The notes below the pieces were generated by a model that saw only the letters and a list, made by a program, of their open reading frames with translations, made no database searches and was not told the DNA's origin. From an uncultured Chloroflexia bacterium (lineage in GTDB: Bacteria; Chloroflexota; Dehalococcoidia; UBA2979), in NCBI GenBank assembly GCA_963728205.1, contig CAVSIV010000001.1, positions 736,001 through 800,000 on the forward strand: a stretch of 64,000 nucleotides of DNA. Reading direction: 5' to 3'. Within the stretch, counting starts at the first letter, position 1. Each line of letters begins with the position of its first letter. The translations under genes were made by a program, and so were the position numbers. Shown piece by piece: positions 38,841-48,287 of this stretch.

Positions 38841-38928
38841 TGCGCGCAGGGCGCGCGTGGGGCGGACCCCGCATCTCAATCATCGGCAGGCGGCGGCGCT
38901 TCTGAACCCCCGCCGGCCTGCACGGCAC

Positions 38929-39483
38929 TCACCGGATCACGAGCAGGAGCGCGACGGCGATCGCCGGGCCGTAGGCGAACGCGGCGCGCGGACCGCGCAC
39001 CGCGGCGACCACGATCGCGGTGAGGCCGCCGAGCACCACGGTCGCGAGCAGCAGCGCGCCCGCGCCCCCGACGCCGGCGAGCGCACCGGCGGCCAGCGCG
39101 AGCTTCGCGTCGCCCATCCCCATCGCCGCCGGCCGCGCGACCGCGAGCGCGAGGAAGGGCGCGGCACAGAGCGTCGCTCCCGCCAGCGCCGCCGGCCCGC
39201 TCGGCGCGGCGGCGAGCGCGCACGCCAGCGCGGAGAGCACGAGGATGTTGGGGATGCGCCGCGCATGCGCATCGACGAGCGCGGCGGCGACCACCAGGCC
39301 GACGCCCACCGTCCGGCCGGCACCCGGTTCGAGGGCCGCCGCGAACGCGACGGCGATGACGAGCGCGAGCCGCGGCGCGAGGCGGCGCGCCGCCGGCCAC
39401 CACGTCCCGGGTTCGGTGCGCGGCGCCCACGGTGGCGCGCCCGCGCCCGCGCGTGCCGGCGCCGTGCCGGTCGCGGCCCTCAT
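38929..39483 (-). CDS. Prepilin peptidase (A24 family, TadV/CpaA-like)
   Basis: VDAHARRIPN, MGMGDAKL and FAYGPAI motifs. Confidence 0.8.
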   Translation of the reverse strand: MRAATGTAPARAGAGAPPWAPRTEPGTWWPAARRLAPRLALVIAVAFAAALEPGAGRTVGVGLVVAAALVDAHARRIPNILVLSALACALAAAPSGPAALAGATLCAAPFLALAVARPAAMGMGDAKLALAAGALAGVGGAGALLLATVVLGGLTAIVVAAVRGPRAAFAYGPAIAVALLLVIR

Positions 39484-39857
39484 CCCGCGAGCGCCACGCG
39501 CAGGCGCAGCGCGAGCCGCTCGCCCGGCCGCAGGCCGCGCCGCGCGGCGGCGCCGGCCGGCAGCTCGACCGCCACGTACGCGTGCCGGGCGGCCGCGACG
39601 CGCCACGGTGCCAGCTCCGGGACGACCTTCAGCACGCGGTACTCGCGGTCGAGGAAGACGACGTCGATCGGGAACGCCATGAAGCACGTGTGCACCGACC
39701 CCGTCGGTTCGATCCACATCGCGGCGTCCTCGGCGAGATGGCTCCGACCGAGCAGGCCGCGCATCCGGCGTGGCGTCGAGCGCGCGAGCTCGACGTCTCC
39801 GGCCACCGTCCGGCCGTCGTCCGCGGTCGCGGCCAGTTGACCCCATCGCATTGCCAT
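39480..39857 (-). CDS. DUF192 family protein
   Basis: RRMRGLLGR, SVHTCFMAFPIDVVFLD, AVELPAG. Confidence 0.88.
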   Translation of the reverse strand: MAMRWGQLAATADDGRTVAGDVELARSTPRRMRGLLGRSHLAEDAAMWIEPTGSVHTCFMAFPIDVVFLDREYRVLKVVPELAPWRVAAARHAYVAVELPAGAAARRGLRPGERLALRLRVALAG

Positions 39858-40744
39858 CAGTGACCCCCGAGCACCTGCAGCGCGTTGAGCGCCGCCGGTC
39901 CGATCACGACGAGGAAGATCGTCGGGAACACGAAGCCGACGAGGGGAAACAGCATCTTCAGCGGCGCCTTCATCGCGGCCTCCTCGGCGCGCTGCCGGCG
40001 GCGCTGGCGCATCTGATCCGCCTGCGCGCGCAGCACGGGCCCCAGGCGCATGCCGGAGCGATCCGCCTGGTTCAGCGCGTTGACCACGGAGCGGAGCGGT
40101 GCGACCCCGGCGCGGTCGGCGAGCGCGACGAGGGCGTCGCGCCGGCGCCGCCCGAGCCCGATCTCCGACAGCGTCCGTCGCAGCTCCTCGTGCAGCGGGC
40201 CGTCGCCGCGCTGCGCGACGCGCGCCAGCGCCGCCTCGAGGGCGAGCCCCGCCTCGATCGACACCGTGAGCAGGTCGAGCACGTCGGGGAGCGCCGCCTC
40301 CGTCGCCTGCCCGCGGCGGCCGGCGCGGCCGTGCATCACGATCCACGGTGCTGCCGCGCCGATCGCGCCGACGAACGCCGCCATCGCGAGCGACCGGGCA
40401 TCGCTGCCGTGCACGCGGGCGATCGCCAGCACGCCGAGCGCGCCGGCGAGGCCGCTGCCGGTCGAGAGCGCGAGCAGGCCGTGCGGCGTGAGGCGCTCCG
40501 CCATGCCCGCCTGCGCCAGCACGCGGGTCGCGGGGTCGATCAGCATGCCGGGCGCGCGCATGCGGCTCAGCCAGGTGCGCGGTCGGAGGTGGGGCCGCCG
40601 GGGTTCGACGGCCGCGCGCGGGCCGGGCTGCAGCACCGCGCGCCACGCGGGGCGCGGGCGACGCGCGCCGGCCAGCTCCCGCGTGACGAGGTACGCGGCG
40701 ATCGCGAAGCAAAGCGGCGGCGCGAAGGCGAGCAGGGAGGTCAC
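39857..40744 (-). CDS. tadC: Type II secretion F-family protein TadC
   Basis: LPDVLDLLTVSIEAG, AEEAAMKAPLKMLFPL. Confidence 0.88.
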   Translation of the reverse strand: MTSLLAFAPPLCFAIAAYLVTRELAGARRPRPAWRAVLQPGPRAAVEPRRPHLRPRTWLSRMRAPGMLIDPATRVLAQAGMAERLTPHGLLALSTGSGLAGALGVLAIARVHGSDARSLAMAAFVGAIGAAAPWIVMHGRAGRRGQATEAALPDVLDLLTVSIEAGLALEAALARVAQRGDGPLHEELRRTLSEIGLGRRRRDALVALADRAGVAPLRSVVNALNQADRSGMRLGPVLRAQADQMRQRRRQRAEEAAMKAPLKMLFPLVGFVFPTIFLVVIGPAALNALQVLGGH

Positions 40745-40745
40745 G

Positions 40746-41784
40746 TCACACCCTCACGTTTGCGATGCGGCGCATCAGGAGCATGCCGACGACCTCGGAG
40801 CACACCGCCGCCCCAATCAGCACGTGGCCGAGCGGTGTCTCGAGCAGCGGCGCCATGTACGCGGGGTTGATCAGCGTGAGCCCGCCCGCCATCACCACCG
40901 GCAGCCCGCCGAGCACCCAGCTCGACATGCGCGCCTGGCCGGTGAGCGAACGGACCTCGCCGCGGATGCGGATGCGCTCGCGGATCGTCCAGCCGATGTT
41001 CTGCAGGATCTCGGCGAGGTTGCCGCCGACGCGTCGCTGGATCAGGACGGCGTCGACGACGAGGTCGAGGTCGTCGTCCAGCACGCGCGCCTGCAGGTGC
41101 TCGAGCGCCTCCTCGAGCGAAGCGCCGAGCTCGACCTCCGCGAGCGCGATCACCAGTTCCGCGCGCAGCGGCTCGGGGACCTCGTCGGTCGTCTGGTCGA
41201 GCGCCTGGAGAAAGGACTGGCCCGCGACGAGCGCTCCGGCCAGGACCTGCAGCAGGTCGGGCAGCTGGCCGTTCATCCGCGAGCGGCGGCTCTTGCGGCG
41301 CTGCGCGGTGAGCAGCATCAGGCCGGCGGGCGCTGCGACGGCGCCGCAGAGCCCGCCCACCAGCCCGCCGGCGCCCGCGCCGAGCGCCGCGCCGCCCCCG
41401 GTGAGCGTGAGCAGCAGCAGCACGAACGGGCCGGCGCCGGCGGCGATGCCGGCATGGCGCAGCCAGTCCTCGGTCGCCGCGAACCGCGGGCGCCGCAGCG
41501 TGCGCGCCCGGCTCGCGCCGCCCGGCAACGCGTCGCTGCGGTCGCCGTCGCCCTCGCCGGGCGACGCCGGTGCCGCGCCGTCGGGGCCGCCGGACGCGCG
41601 CCGGCCCGCGATCAACGCCGTGCGCCGCAGGCGGCGCGCCCGCTCGTCGCGATGCCGCGTGAGCGCGCCGTCCACGAGCAGCCACGCGGCCGTCGCGGCG
41701 CCCAACGCGAGCGCCGCCGGCGCGACGGACGGAATCCGCCGCGCGCGCGAGACCCCCGGCGAGCGCCGCGGCGACGGGCGTCAC
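40746..41784 (-). CDS. tadB: Type II secretion F-family protein TadB (5' end uncertain; possible frameshift near 41750)
   Basis: QLPDLL...AGQS, IQRRVGGNLAEIL, SLTGQARMS; the GTG overlapping the tadA stop is out of frame by one base, and an in-frame TTG lies at 41705. Confidence 0.85.
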
Positions 41785-43268
41785 GCGGCCCACCCGTCGC
41801 GTCCGGGTCGCCGCCGCGCCTCGCGATCCTCGAACGGGTCGGCCGGCGCGAGCGTGAACCCGAACTCCTCGAGCCGTTCCACGAACGACGGCCGCAGTCC
41901 CGTCGGCTTCAGCACGCCCTGGATGCGCCCCTGGTCGTCCACCCCGCGGTGCTCGAACAGGTAGAGGTCCTGCATCGTGACCGTCTGGTCCTCCATGCCC
42001 ACGACCTCGGTGATCGCGATCACGCGGCGGCTGCCGTCGCGCAATCGCGCGACCTGCACGACGACGTCGATCGCGGATGCGATCTGCTCGCGGATGGCGC
42101 GCACCGGGAGCTCGAAGCCGGCCATCAGCACCATGTTCTCGATGCGCCGCACCGCGTCGCGCGGCGTGTTGGCGTGCACCGTCGACATCGAGCCCTCGTG
42201 GCCGGTGTTCATCGCCTGCAGCATGTCGAAGGCTTCGCCGCCGCGGACCTCGCCGACGATGATCCGGTCGGGCCGCATGCGCAGCGCGTTCTTGAGGAGA
42301 TCCGCCTGGCGCAGCTGCGAGCCGCCGCCGGCGCGCGCCTCCAGCGAGACGACGTGCGGCTGGCGCAGCGAGAGCTCCGCCGGGTCCTCGATCGTGAGGA
42401 TGCGCTGGTCGGCCGGGATCCACGACGACAGCACGTTGAGCAGCGTGGTCTTCCCGGAGCCCGTGCCGCCGCTGACGATCAGGTTGAGGCCGCTGTTCAC
42501 GCACGCCTCGAGCAGCCGCGCGGAGTCCTCGCTGAGCGACCCGGCGGCCACCAGCTCCTCCGCGGTCAGCCGGTCCGCGACGAACTTGCGAATCGTGAGC
42601 GCGGGGCCGTGGGTCGCGGCCGGCGGGATCACCGCGTTGACGCGCGAGCCGTCCGGCAGGCGCGCGTCGACCATCGGCATCGACTCGTCGATGGTGCGTC
42701 CGGCCGGCGCGAGGATGCGCTCGATCACGTGCACGACGTGCGCGTCGTCGCGGAACTGCACGCCGGAGAGCGACAGCCGCCCGTGGCGCTCGACGAAGAC
42801 CTGCATCGCCCCGTTGACCATGATCTCGGAGACCGACGGGTCGCGCAGCAGCGGCTCGAGCGGGCCGAGCCCGAGCACGTCGTCGACGAGCTGCTCGACC
42901 AGCCGCTCGCGTGCGCCGCCGAGGCTCGGGGCGACGTCCCGGTCGACGAGCTCGCGGACGGCCTGCGCGACGAAGGTGCGCGCGGCGGCGTCGCCCATGC
43001 GGCCGAGCGCCGCCTGGTCGATCTCCTCGATCAGCGCGCGATGCAGGCGGCGGCGGACGTCGTCCGTCGTGGCCGCGACGGCGGCCGGCGCTCGCGGGGG
43101 TGAGACCGCGCGTTGGGCCGGGAACGCGGCCCCACCCCCGCGAGCGCCGGAGGAGCCGGCGCGTGCGCTCTGCTCGCCGCGCGCGTGCGGCGTCTCCGCC
43201 TCGCCCGCCGCCGGGTCGGACGGCGCGCGCGGCACGGGCGAGAGGTTCGGTCGTTCGAGCAACGGCAT
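41781..43268 (-). CDS. cpaF: CpaF/TadA pilus assembly ATPase
   Basis: GLGPLEPLL.D, GGTGSGKTT, IED, ALRMRPDRIIVGEVRG, MNTGHEG.MSTVHAN. Confidence 0.95.
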   Translation of the reverse strand: MPLLERPNLSPVPRAPSDPAAGEAETPHARGEQSARAGSSGARGGGAAFPAQRAVSPPRAPAAVAATTDDVRRRLHRALIEEIDQAALGRMGDAAARTFVAQAVRELVDRDVAPSLGGARERLVEQLVDDVLGLGPLEPLLRDPSVSEIMVNGAMQVFVERHGRLSLSGVQFRDDAHVVHVIERILAPAGRTIDESMPMVDARLPDGSRVNAVIPPAATHGPALTIRKFVADRLTAEELVAAGSLSEDSARLLEACVNSGLNLIVSGGTGSGKTTLLNVLSSWIPADQRILTIEDPAELSLRQPHVVSLEARAGGGSQLRQADLLKNALRMRPDRIIVGEVRGGEAFDMLQAMNTGHEGSMSTVHANTPRDAVRRIENMVLMAGFELPVRAIREQIASAIDVVVQVARLRDGSRRVIAITEVVGMEDQTVTMQDLYLFEHRGVDDQGRIQGVLKPTGLRPSFVERLEEFGFTLAPADPFEDREARRRPGRDGWAA

Positions 43269-43279
43269 CGCGCCCTCCT

Positions 43280-44464
43280 TCAGCTCGCGCGCAGCCAGCG
43301 GCGGCGCCGCACCGGCTCCCCGTGACCGAGGTACCGCGCGATGCGCCGCACCTCGCGGGCGAACGGGCTGCGCGGCCGCGACTCGCACACGGGGCTGCCC
43401 AGGTCCGACGCGCGCAGCACGGCCCCGTCGTGCGGCAGCGACCACGCGACCGGGATGCCGACCGCGGCGCCGACCTCTGCGTCGCTGTCGGCGCGGACGG
43501 GCAGGGGGCGGTTGCGCACCAGGCGCAGCCGGTCGTCGTCGATGCCCCAGCCGCGCAACGTCTGTACGACATAACGCACTGCCCGCAGCGAGGCGACGTC
43601 GGGGGTGGTGAGGAGCAGGACGACGGACGCCAGCTCCACGGCGGCGCCGGTGACCGGCGTGAACGACGCGGCGGTGTCGACCACGACGAAGTCGTGTGTG
43701 CTCGCCAGGTCCTCGATCACGGCTGCGGCCTCGGTGGGGCCGAAGTCGGCGTGGGCGTCGGGCTCGAAGGGGGCGGCCAGCACGCGCGCACCGCTGCGGT
43801 GTGTCGCGAGGTAGCGGCTGGCGGGCGCGGCCTCGCCGGCCGCGCGCGCGTGGAGCCACTCCTGCACGGTCACGTGCGGCATCACGCCGAGCGCGACGGC
43901 GGCGGCGCCGAAGAGCAGGTCGAGGTCGACGACGGCGACCGAGACGTCGGTCTCCTGCGCGAGCGCGATCGCGAGGTTGCTGGCGACGGTGGTCTTGCCG
44001 ACGCCGCCGCGCGGCCCGGCGACCGTGATCACGCGGCCGGCAGCGCGCGTGGCGGCCTCCTCGCCGCCGCCGCGGCGCAGGGCGGCGCCGAGCGCGCGCC
44101 GCGCCGTCTCGCGCAGGGCGTCGTCGCCGAGCGGGAGCGTGGCGAAGTCGTCGGCGCCGGCGTTCATCAGCCGGCGGATCGTCTCGAGGTCGCCCGCGCT
44201 GGAGACGACCGCGATGCCCGCGCGTGGCGCGGCGGCGGCGATCGCCTGGATGTTGCGCGCGGCCGGTCCGAGCGGGGACTCGGCGTGGACCACCACGACG
44301 TGGGGCTCCTCGTCGGCGGACCGGCGCACGGCGTCGATGCCGGGCCAGGCCTCCGCGGCCACGGCGAAGTCGGGCGCGCACAGGGCGCGCCGCATGGCGT
44401 CGAGGACGTCGGCGTCCGTGCTGACAATCACGGCGCGTGCGGGACGCGGCAGCGGTCCGGGCAT
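43280..44464 (-). CDS. cpaE: CpaE/TadZ-like receiver + MinD/ParA-type protein
   Basis: Degenerate N-terminal receiver, GPRGGVGKTT, VDLDL, VVVDT. Confidence 0.85.
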   Translation of the reverse strand: MPGPLPRPARAVIVSTDADVLDAMRRALCAPDFAVAAEAWPGIDAVRRSADEEPHVVVVHAESPLGPAARNIQAIAAAAPRAGIAVVSSAGDLETIRRLMNAGADDFATLPLGDDALRETARRALGAALRRGGGEEAATRAAGRVITVAGPRGGVGKTTVASNLAIALAQETDVSVAVVDLDLLFGAAAVALGVMPHVTVQEWLHARAAGEAAPASRYLATHRSGARVLAAPFEPDAHADFGPTEAAAVIEDLASTHDFVVVDTAASFTPVTGAAVELASVVLLLTTPDVASLRAVRYVVQTLRGWGIDDDRLRLVRNRPLPVRADSDAEVGAAVGIPVAWSLPHDGAVLRASDLGSPVCESRPRSPFAREVRRIARYLGHGEPVRRRRWLRAS

Positions 44465-45285
44465 CACTGGGCTCCCGTCGCGGGCGTGGCGGTGGTCGCC
44501 GGCGCGGCGGCCGGCGCGCCGGTAACGGCGGCGAGGTCGAGGCGCGCGGTCGTGCTGACGCCGTCGTCGCCGGGGCGGCGCAGCATCACGTGGAGCGTGC
44601 CGAACTCGTCCGCGATCGCGAGGCGCTGCGCCTGCAGCGGGCTCACGGCGAGCGTGACGGTCGCGCCGAGCTGCTTCGGGTTCGCGCCGGCCTTCGTGTT
44701 GCCCGGCGCGGCCGTGTCGGCGCCGCCGTCCGCCCCGACGATGTTCGCGGAGACGGCGAGCACCTCGACGTCGTCGACGACCAGCGCGCTGCCGTCGTAG
44801 TGCGCGTGCTGCTGGTCGAAGACGGCGACCACGTCGACGCGATCGCCGGGGGCGACCAGGCCGCCCGCCGCGCTCGCTTCGGAGATCGCCACGGAGATCG
44901 CGCGCGTGTCTTCCGGGACGGCGCGCGCGAGCGGGCTGCCGGCGGGGATATCGCTGATCGCGCTCGCGGGGATCTGCTGGCCGGCCGCGATCGGCTCGGC
45001 CGCGTAGCGGCCCACGGCGGCGTCGGACGTGCGGAGCGCGTCCGGCAGCACGTCCGCCGCCGCGAGCTCGCGCAGGTCGACGTCGCCGGCGGCGATCGTG
45101 GCGCCGGCGACGATGTCGCGCCGCGCGACGAGCGCGGCGATGCGGGCGTCGGGAGCGGACGGCGCCGCGGTCGCCTGCGCGTCGCGGACGTAGCCGTAGG
45201 TCAGCGCGCCCACGAGCAGCGCGAGCACCGCACCCAGCAGCGCGGGCCGTCGTGCGAGAGCGTCGAGCCATCCAAACACGCTCAC
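44464..45285 (-). CDS. cpaB: Flp pilus assembly protein CpaB/RcpC (SAF domain)
   Basis: VARRDI.AG, RAISVA, PGDRVDV, VTLAVSP.QAQ.L. Confidence 0.88.
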   Translation of the reverse strand: MSVFGWLDALARRPALLGAVLALLVGALTYGYVRDAQATAAPSAPDARIAALVARRDIVAGATIAAGDVDLRELAAADVLPDALRTSDAAVGRYAAEPIAAGQQIPASAISDIPAGSPLARAVPEDTRAISVAISEASAAGGLVAPGDRVDVVAVFDQQHAHYDGSALVVDDVEVLAVSANIVGADGGADTAAPGNTKAGANPKQLGATVTLAVSPLQAQRLAIADEFGTLHVMLRRPGDDGVSTTARLDLAAVTGAPAAAPATTATPATGAQ

Positions 45286-45289
45286 GACC

Positions 45290-45682
45290 TCATTCCAGCC
45301 GCATCACGGCGGTGCTGTGCACGGTGACGACGCCCCCGAGGATCGAGCCGATCAGCGGGGTCAGGAGGGTCACGTCGTGGCTGACCGCGACCGAGACCGA
45401 CTGGCCCGAGGGCCCGCCGAGGTTCGTCGCGGTCACGGTGAACGGCGTGACGTCCGCCATCGCGTCCTGCACCCGGACGTCGACGTCGCTCAGCGTTCCG
45501 CCCACCGCCGCCTCGCGCGCGCCCTCGCGCGCCGAGTTCGTCACGACCATCCACGCCGAGAAGACGCGCCCGCCATCGACCATGCCGAGCAGCAGCAGCG
45601 CGAAGAGCGGCAGGACAATCGCCGTCTCGACGAGCGCCTGGCCGCGCTCGCTGTGGAGGAACCGCTTCCAGGTGGTGGCCAC
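45290..45682 (-). CDS. tadE: TadE family pseudopilin
   Basis: ERGQALVETAIVLP, NSAREGAR. Confidence 0.9.
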   Translation of the reverse strand: MATTWKRFLHSERGQALVETAIVLPLFALLLLGMVDGGRVFSAWMVVTNSAREGAREAAVGGTLSDVDVRVQDAMADVTPFTVTATNLGGPSGQSVSVAVSHDVTLLTPLIGSILGGVVTVHSTAVMRLE

Positions 45683-45752
45683 GGGTGGGCCCCGGCGGTC
45701 GGCCGGCCGGGACGCGTTCCTGCGTCCCGCCGGCCGTCGCCGCGGCGGCTCC

Positions 45753-45938
45753 TTAGAACGCGCCGGTGACCGTGTTGATGGCGTTGGTGACCTGCGGGGC
45801 GAGCAGCGCCAGCGCGCCGACGGCCGCGATCGAGATCACCGCGAGGATCAGCGCGTACTCGACCATCGACTGGCCGCGGTCCTCGTTGGTCACGCGCGAG
45901 ACGAGCTGGCGCAGGGCGGTCGCAAGGATGAGCAGCAT
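45753..45938 (-). CDS. flp: Flp family type IVb pilin
   Basis: EDRGQSMVEYALIL cleavage/Flp motif; AGGAGA RBS. Confidence 0.92.
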   Translation of the reverse strand: MLLILATALRQLVSRVTNEDRGQSMVEYALILAVISIAAVGALALLAPQVTNAINTVTGAF

Positions 45939-45964
45939 GAGAGCGTCTCCTGTGTTCCAGGCGG

Positions 45965-46043
45965 GTTCAGTGGGTGGCGGCGGGGCCTGCCCCGCTGCGG
46001 GTTGGTGCGCCTTCGCGGATCCCCCTTCCGGCGCCCACTGAAC
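45965..46043 (-). other. Candidate structured RNA element in the flp 5' UTR
   Basis: Perfect 10-bp closing stem GTTCAGTGGG/CCCACTGAAC enclosing two inner hairpins. Confidence 0.45.
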
Positions 46044-46080
46044 AGCTCTTTCGCGTCTTCGCCGCGCGCCCCGCGCCGGC

Positions 46081-46124
46081 ACACACGAACAGGAGCCGCT
46101 ACCGGGCAACCCGATAGCGGCTCC
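46081..46124 (-). terminator. Intrinsic terminator-like hairpin, riboswitch expression platform
   Basis: GGAGCCGCTATCGGG-TTG-CCCGGTAGCGGCTCC followed by TGTTCGTGTGT. Confidence 0.65.
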
Positions 46125-46190
46125 GAAGTGGTGTCGACCAGCGGCGGCGCACGGCGTCCCTGCGAACGCTGGCGCAGCAGTGATCACTCG

Positions 46191-46286
46191 CTTCGGGAGG
46201 TCGGCGGCCGTGTCCCCGCGTCGCCGCGGTGAGGTAGGCCCGTGCCTTTGCGTCCCCGCCTTTCGACGGGTTTGCCGTTATCGGTG
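46191..46286 (-). ncRNA. c-di-GMP-I (GEMM) riboswitch upstream of the flp/tad operon
   Basis: Minus strand reads GGCAAACCCGTC-GAAA-GGCGGGGACGCAAAGGCACGGGCCTA...GGCCGCCGACCTCCCGAAG. Confidence 0.93.
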
Positions 46287-46410
46287 AGCGCCTCTGCATG
46301 GCGGCCCGCGTCCTCCATCGACGCCGTCACCGCCGAGGTCCGTGTGGACCCCTCGCCACCATCATCGGCCGGCCGGGCGGCGACTTGAGGGGTGCGGGGA
46401 GGAATTTCCC

Positions 46411-46514
46411 TCATCGGCGGCAAATCTGCCGCCGATGAGGGGCGGGCGTCCGCCCGCGAATCGGGCGGTGCGGCTGCCGCCGACCATCTGTCGGCGGCGT
46501 ATCCGCCGCCGCTG
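46411..46514. repeat. Palindromes related to the 27.1 kb and 57.8 kb element
   Basis: TCATCGGCGGCA-AATC-TGCCGCCGATGA and CTGTCGGCGGCGTATCCGCCGCCGCTG. Confidence 0.55.
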
Positions 46515-46623
46515 AGGTCCGGACGCGCCGACGGTCGGTCAATCCCGGGCCCGCGCCGACGGTCGGCCGTCGGCGCGGCCCGCCACTCGCCGCACACGCC
46601 CCTGATCGGGCACGATGTCGCGC

Positions 46624-47118
46624 ATGGCCGCGAAGCGACGAGCCGCGATGACCCCCGCCGTCGAGGCGCTCAACGCCGCCGGCGTCCCGTTCGAGCTCGC
46701 GGAGTACGCGCACGATCCAAAGGCGCCGGCGTACGGCCTGGAGGCCGCCGAGAAGCTGGGCGTGGCGCCCGAGCGCGTGTTCAAGACCATGATCGCGAAG
46801 GTCGATGGCAACCGGCTCGCCGTGGGCATCGTGCCCGTCGCCGAGCAGCTCGACCTCAAGGCGCTCGCCGCCGCGCTGGGCGGCCGGCGCGCGGAGATGG
46901 CCGACCCGGCGGAGGCGCAGCGCGTCACCGGGTACATGGTGGGCGGGATCTCGCCGCTGGGGCAGCGGCGACGGCTCGACACCGCGCTCGACGCGTCGGC
47001 GCTCGATCACGCGACCGTGTACGTGAGCGGCGGGCGGCGCGGACTCGATCTCGCGCTCGCGCCGGCGGACCTGGCACGGCTGACCGCGGCGACCGTCGCA
47101 CCGATCGCGCGCGCCTGA
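46624..47118 (+). CDS. ybaK: Cys-tRNA(Pro) deacylase YbaK
   Basis: MTPA, RVFKT, LDLK.LA, TGY.VGGISP.GQ, SGGRRG. Confidence 0.92.
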   Translation: MAAKRRAAMTPAVEALNAAGVPFELAEYAHDPKAPAYGLEAAEKLGVAPERVFKTMIAKVDGNRLAVGIVPVAEQLDLKALAAALGGRRAEMADPAEAQRVTGYMVGGISPLGQRRRLDTALDASALDHATVYVSGGRRGLDLALAPADLARLTAATVAPIARA

Positions 47119-47249
47119 GCGTTACCGAATCTTCACCGCCGCGCCGGCGCCCGTGGTCGGCCCGAACGGTAGGCTGGTCCGCGTGCGCGAGCCGCGCCGG
47201 GCGGGGCGTGTGCGGACGAGCCGGAGCGACCGATGGTCCACGCATGCGA

Positions 47250-48263
47250 ATGTCGAGCCGAGCCGTGCGCCGCGAGCGGCGGCGCCGCGTGACGGGCGCG
47301 CGCTCGGCGCCCGATGCGGCGACCGCGCGCCTCGACGCGGAGGCCGACGTGATCGCCGCGACGCCCGCCCGGTTCGCCCGCGACATGATCGCGACCGCGC
47401 GACCGGCGCAGTGGGTCAAGAACCTGCTCGTCTTCGCGGCGTTCATCTTCTCCGCCGGCACCGCGTGGTCGTGGCGCGAGCCGGGGCAGTGGCTGCCGCT
47501 GGTGAGACTCTCGGTCGCGACGTTCTTCATCTTCGACGTCGTCACCGCGGGCACGTACTTCGTCAACGACGCCATCGACGCCGAGCGGGATCGCCTCCAC
47601 CCGCGCAAGCGGTTCCGCCCCATCGCGGCCGGCCGCATCTCGCCGTGGACCGGGGCGGGCATCGGCGTGACGCTGATGCTGGTGGCCGTGCTGGCGGCCG
47701 GGGTGCTCGACATGGGCCTGGGGCTCGTCGTGCTCGGCTACGCGGCGCTCACGCTGTGGTACTCGGTGGCGCTGAAGCAGGTGGTCGTGCTCGACGTGCT
47801 GGTCGTGTCGGCGGGCTTCGCGATCCGGGCGATCGCGGGCGCGGTCGCGATCCACGTGCCGATCTCGCCGTGGCTCTACGTGGTGACGACGCTGGGCGCG
47901 CTCTTCCTGGCGGTGGTGCGGCGGCGACAGGAGATGCTGCTGTTCGGCGCGGACGCGAGCGCGCACCGCTCGGTGCTGCAGGAGTACACGCTGCACGCGC
48001 TCGACCAGATGGTCGCCGTGGCGATGTCCGCCACGATCGTCGCCTACACCCTCTACGTGACGACGGCCGAGAACCTCCCCGCGGACCACTCCATGCTGCT
48101 CACGCTCCCGATCGTCCTCTACGCGATCTTCCGCTTCTACCTCATCGCCGAGCGGTCTCCCGACCGCAACGTCGACGAGCTGCTGGCGCGCGACGTGCCC
48201 GTCGTGCTGTCGATCGCCGCGTTCGGGCTGACGGCGCTCGCCGTGCTCGCGCTACACCGCTGA
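47250..48263 (+). CDS. UbiA family prenyltransferase, decaprenyl-phosphate phosphoribosyltransferase-like
   Basis: RPAQWVKNLLVF, NDAIDAERDRLHPRKRFRPIAAG, RR.E; start uncertain. Confidence 0.85.
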   Translation: MSSRAVRRERRRRVTGARSAPDAATARLDAEADVIAATPARFARDMIATARPAQWVKNLLVFAAFIFSAGTAWSWREPGQWLPLVRLSVATFFIFDVVTAGTYFVNDAIDAERDRLHPRKRFRPIAAGRISPWTGAGIGVTLMLVAVLAAGVLDMGLGLVVLGYAALTLWYSVALKQVVVLDVLVVSAGFAIRAIAGAVAIHVPISPWLYVVTTLGALFLAVVRRRQEMLLFGADASAHRSVLQEYTLHALDQMVAVAMSATIVAYTLYVTTAENLPADHSMLLTLPIVLYAIFRFYLIAERSPDRNVDELLARDVPVVLSIAAFGLTALAVLALHR

Positions 48264-48287
48264 CGGCCGTCGATCGCGGAGGGTCGG

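Noticed and set aside
36959-45938. Conjugative or mobile element suggested by the pilus ATPase
   Set aside because: The gene set is Flp/Tad type, with no relaxase, VirB4, integrase or att sites
45965-46060. c-di-GMP-II riboswitch in the flp leader
   Set aside because: GGGCGCC...GGCGC loosely recalls the pseudoknot, but the kink-turn and other conserved elements are not recognisable; kept only as an unknown structure
38751-46286. c-AMP-GMP-specific (GEMM-Ib) variant riboswitches
   Set aside because: Both aptamers have G, not A, at the G20-equivalent position
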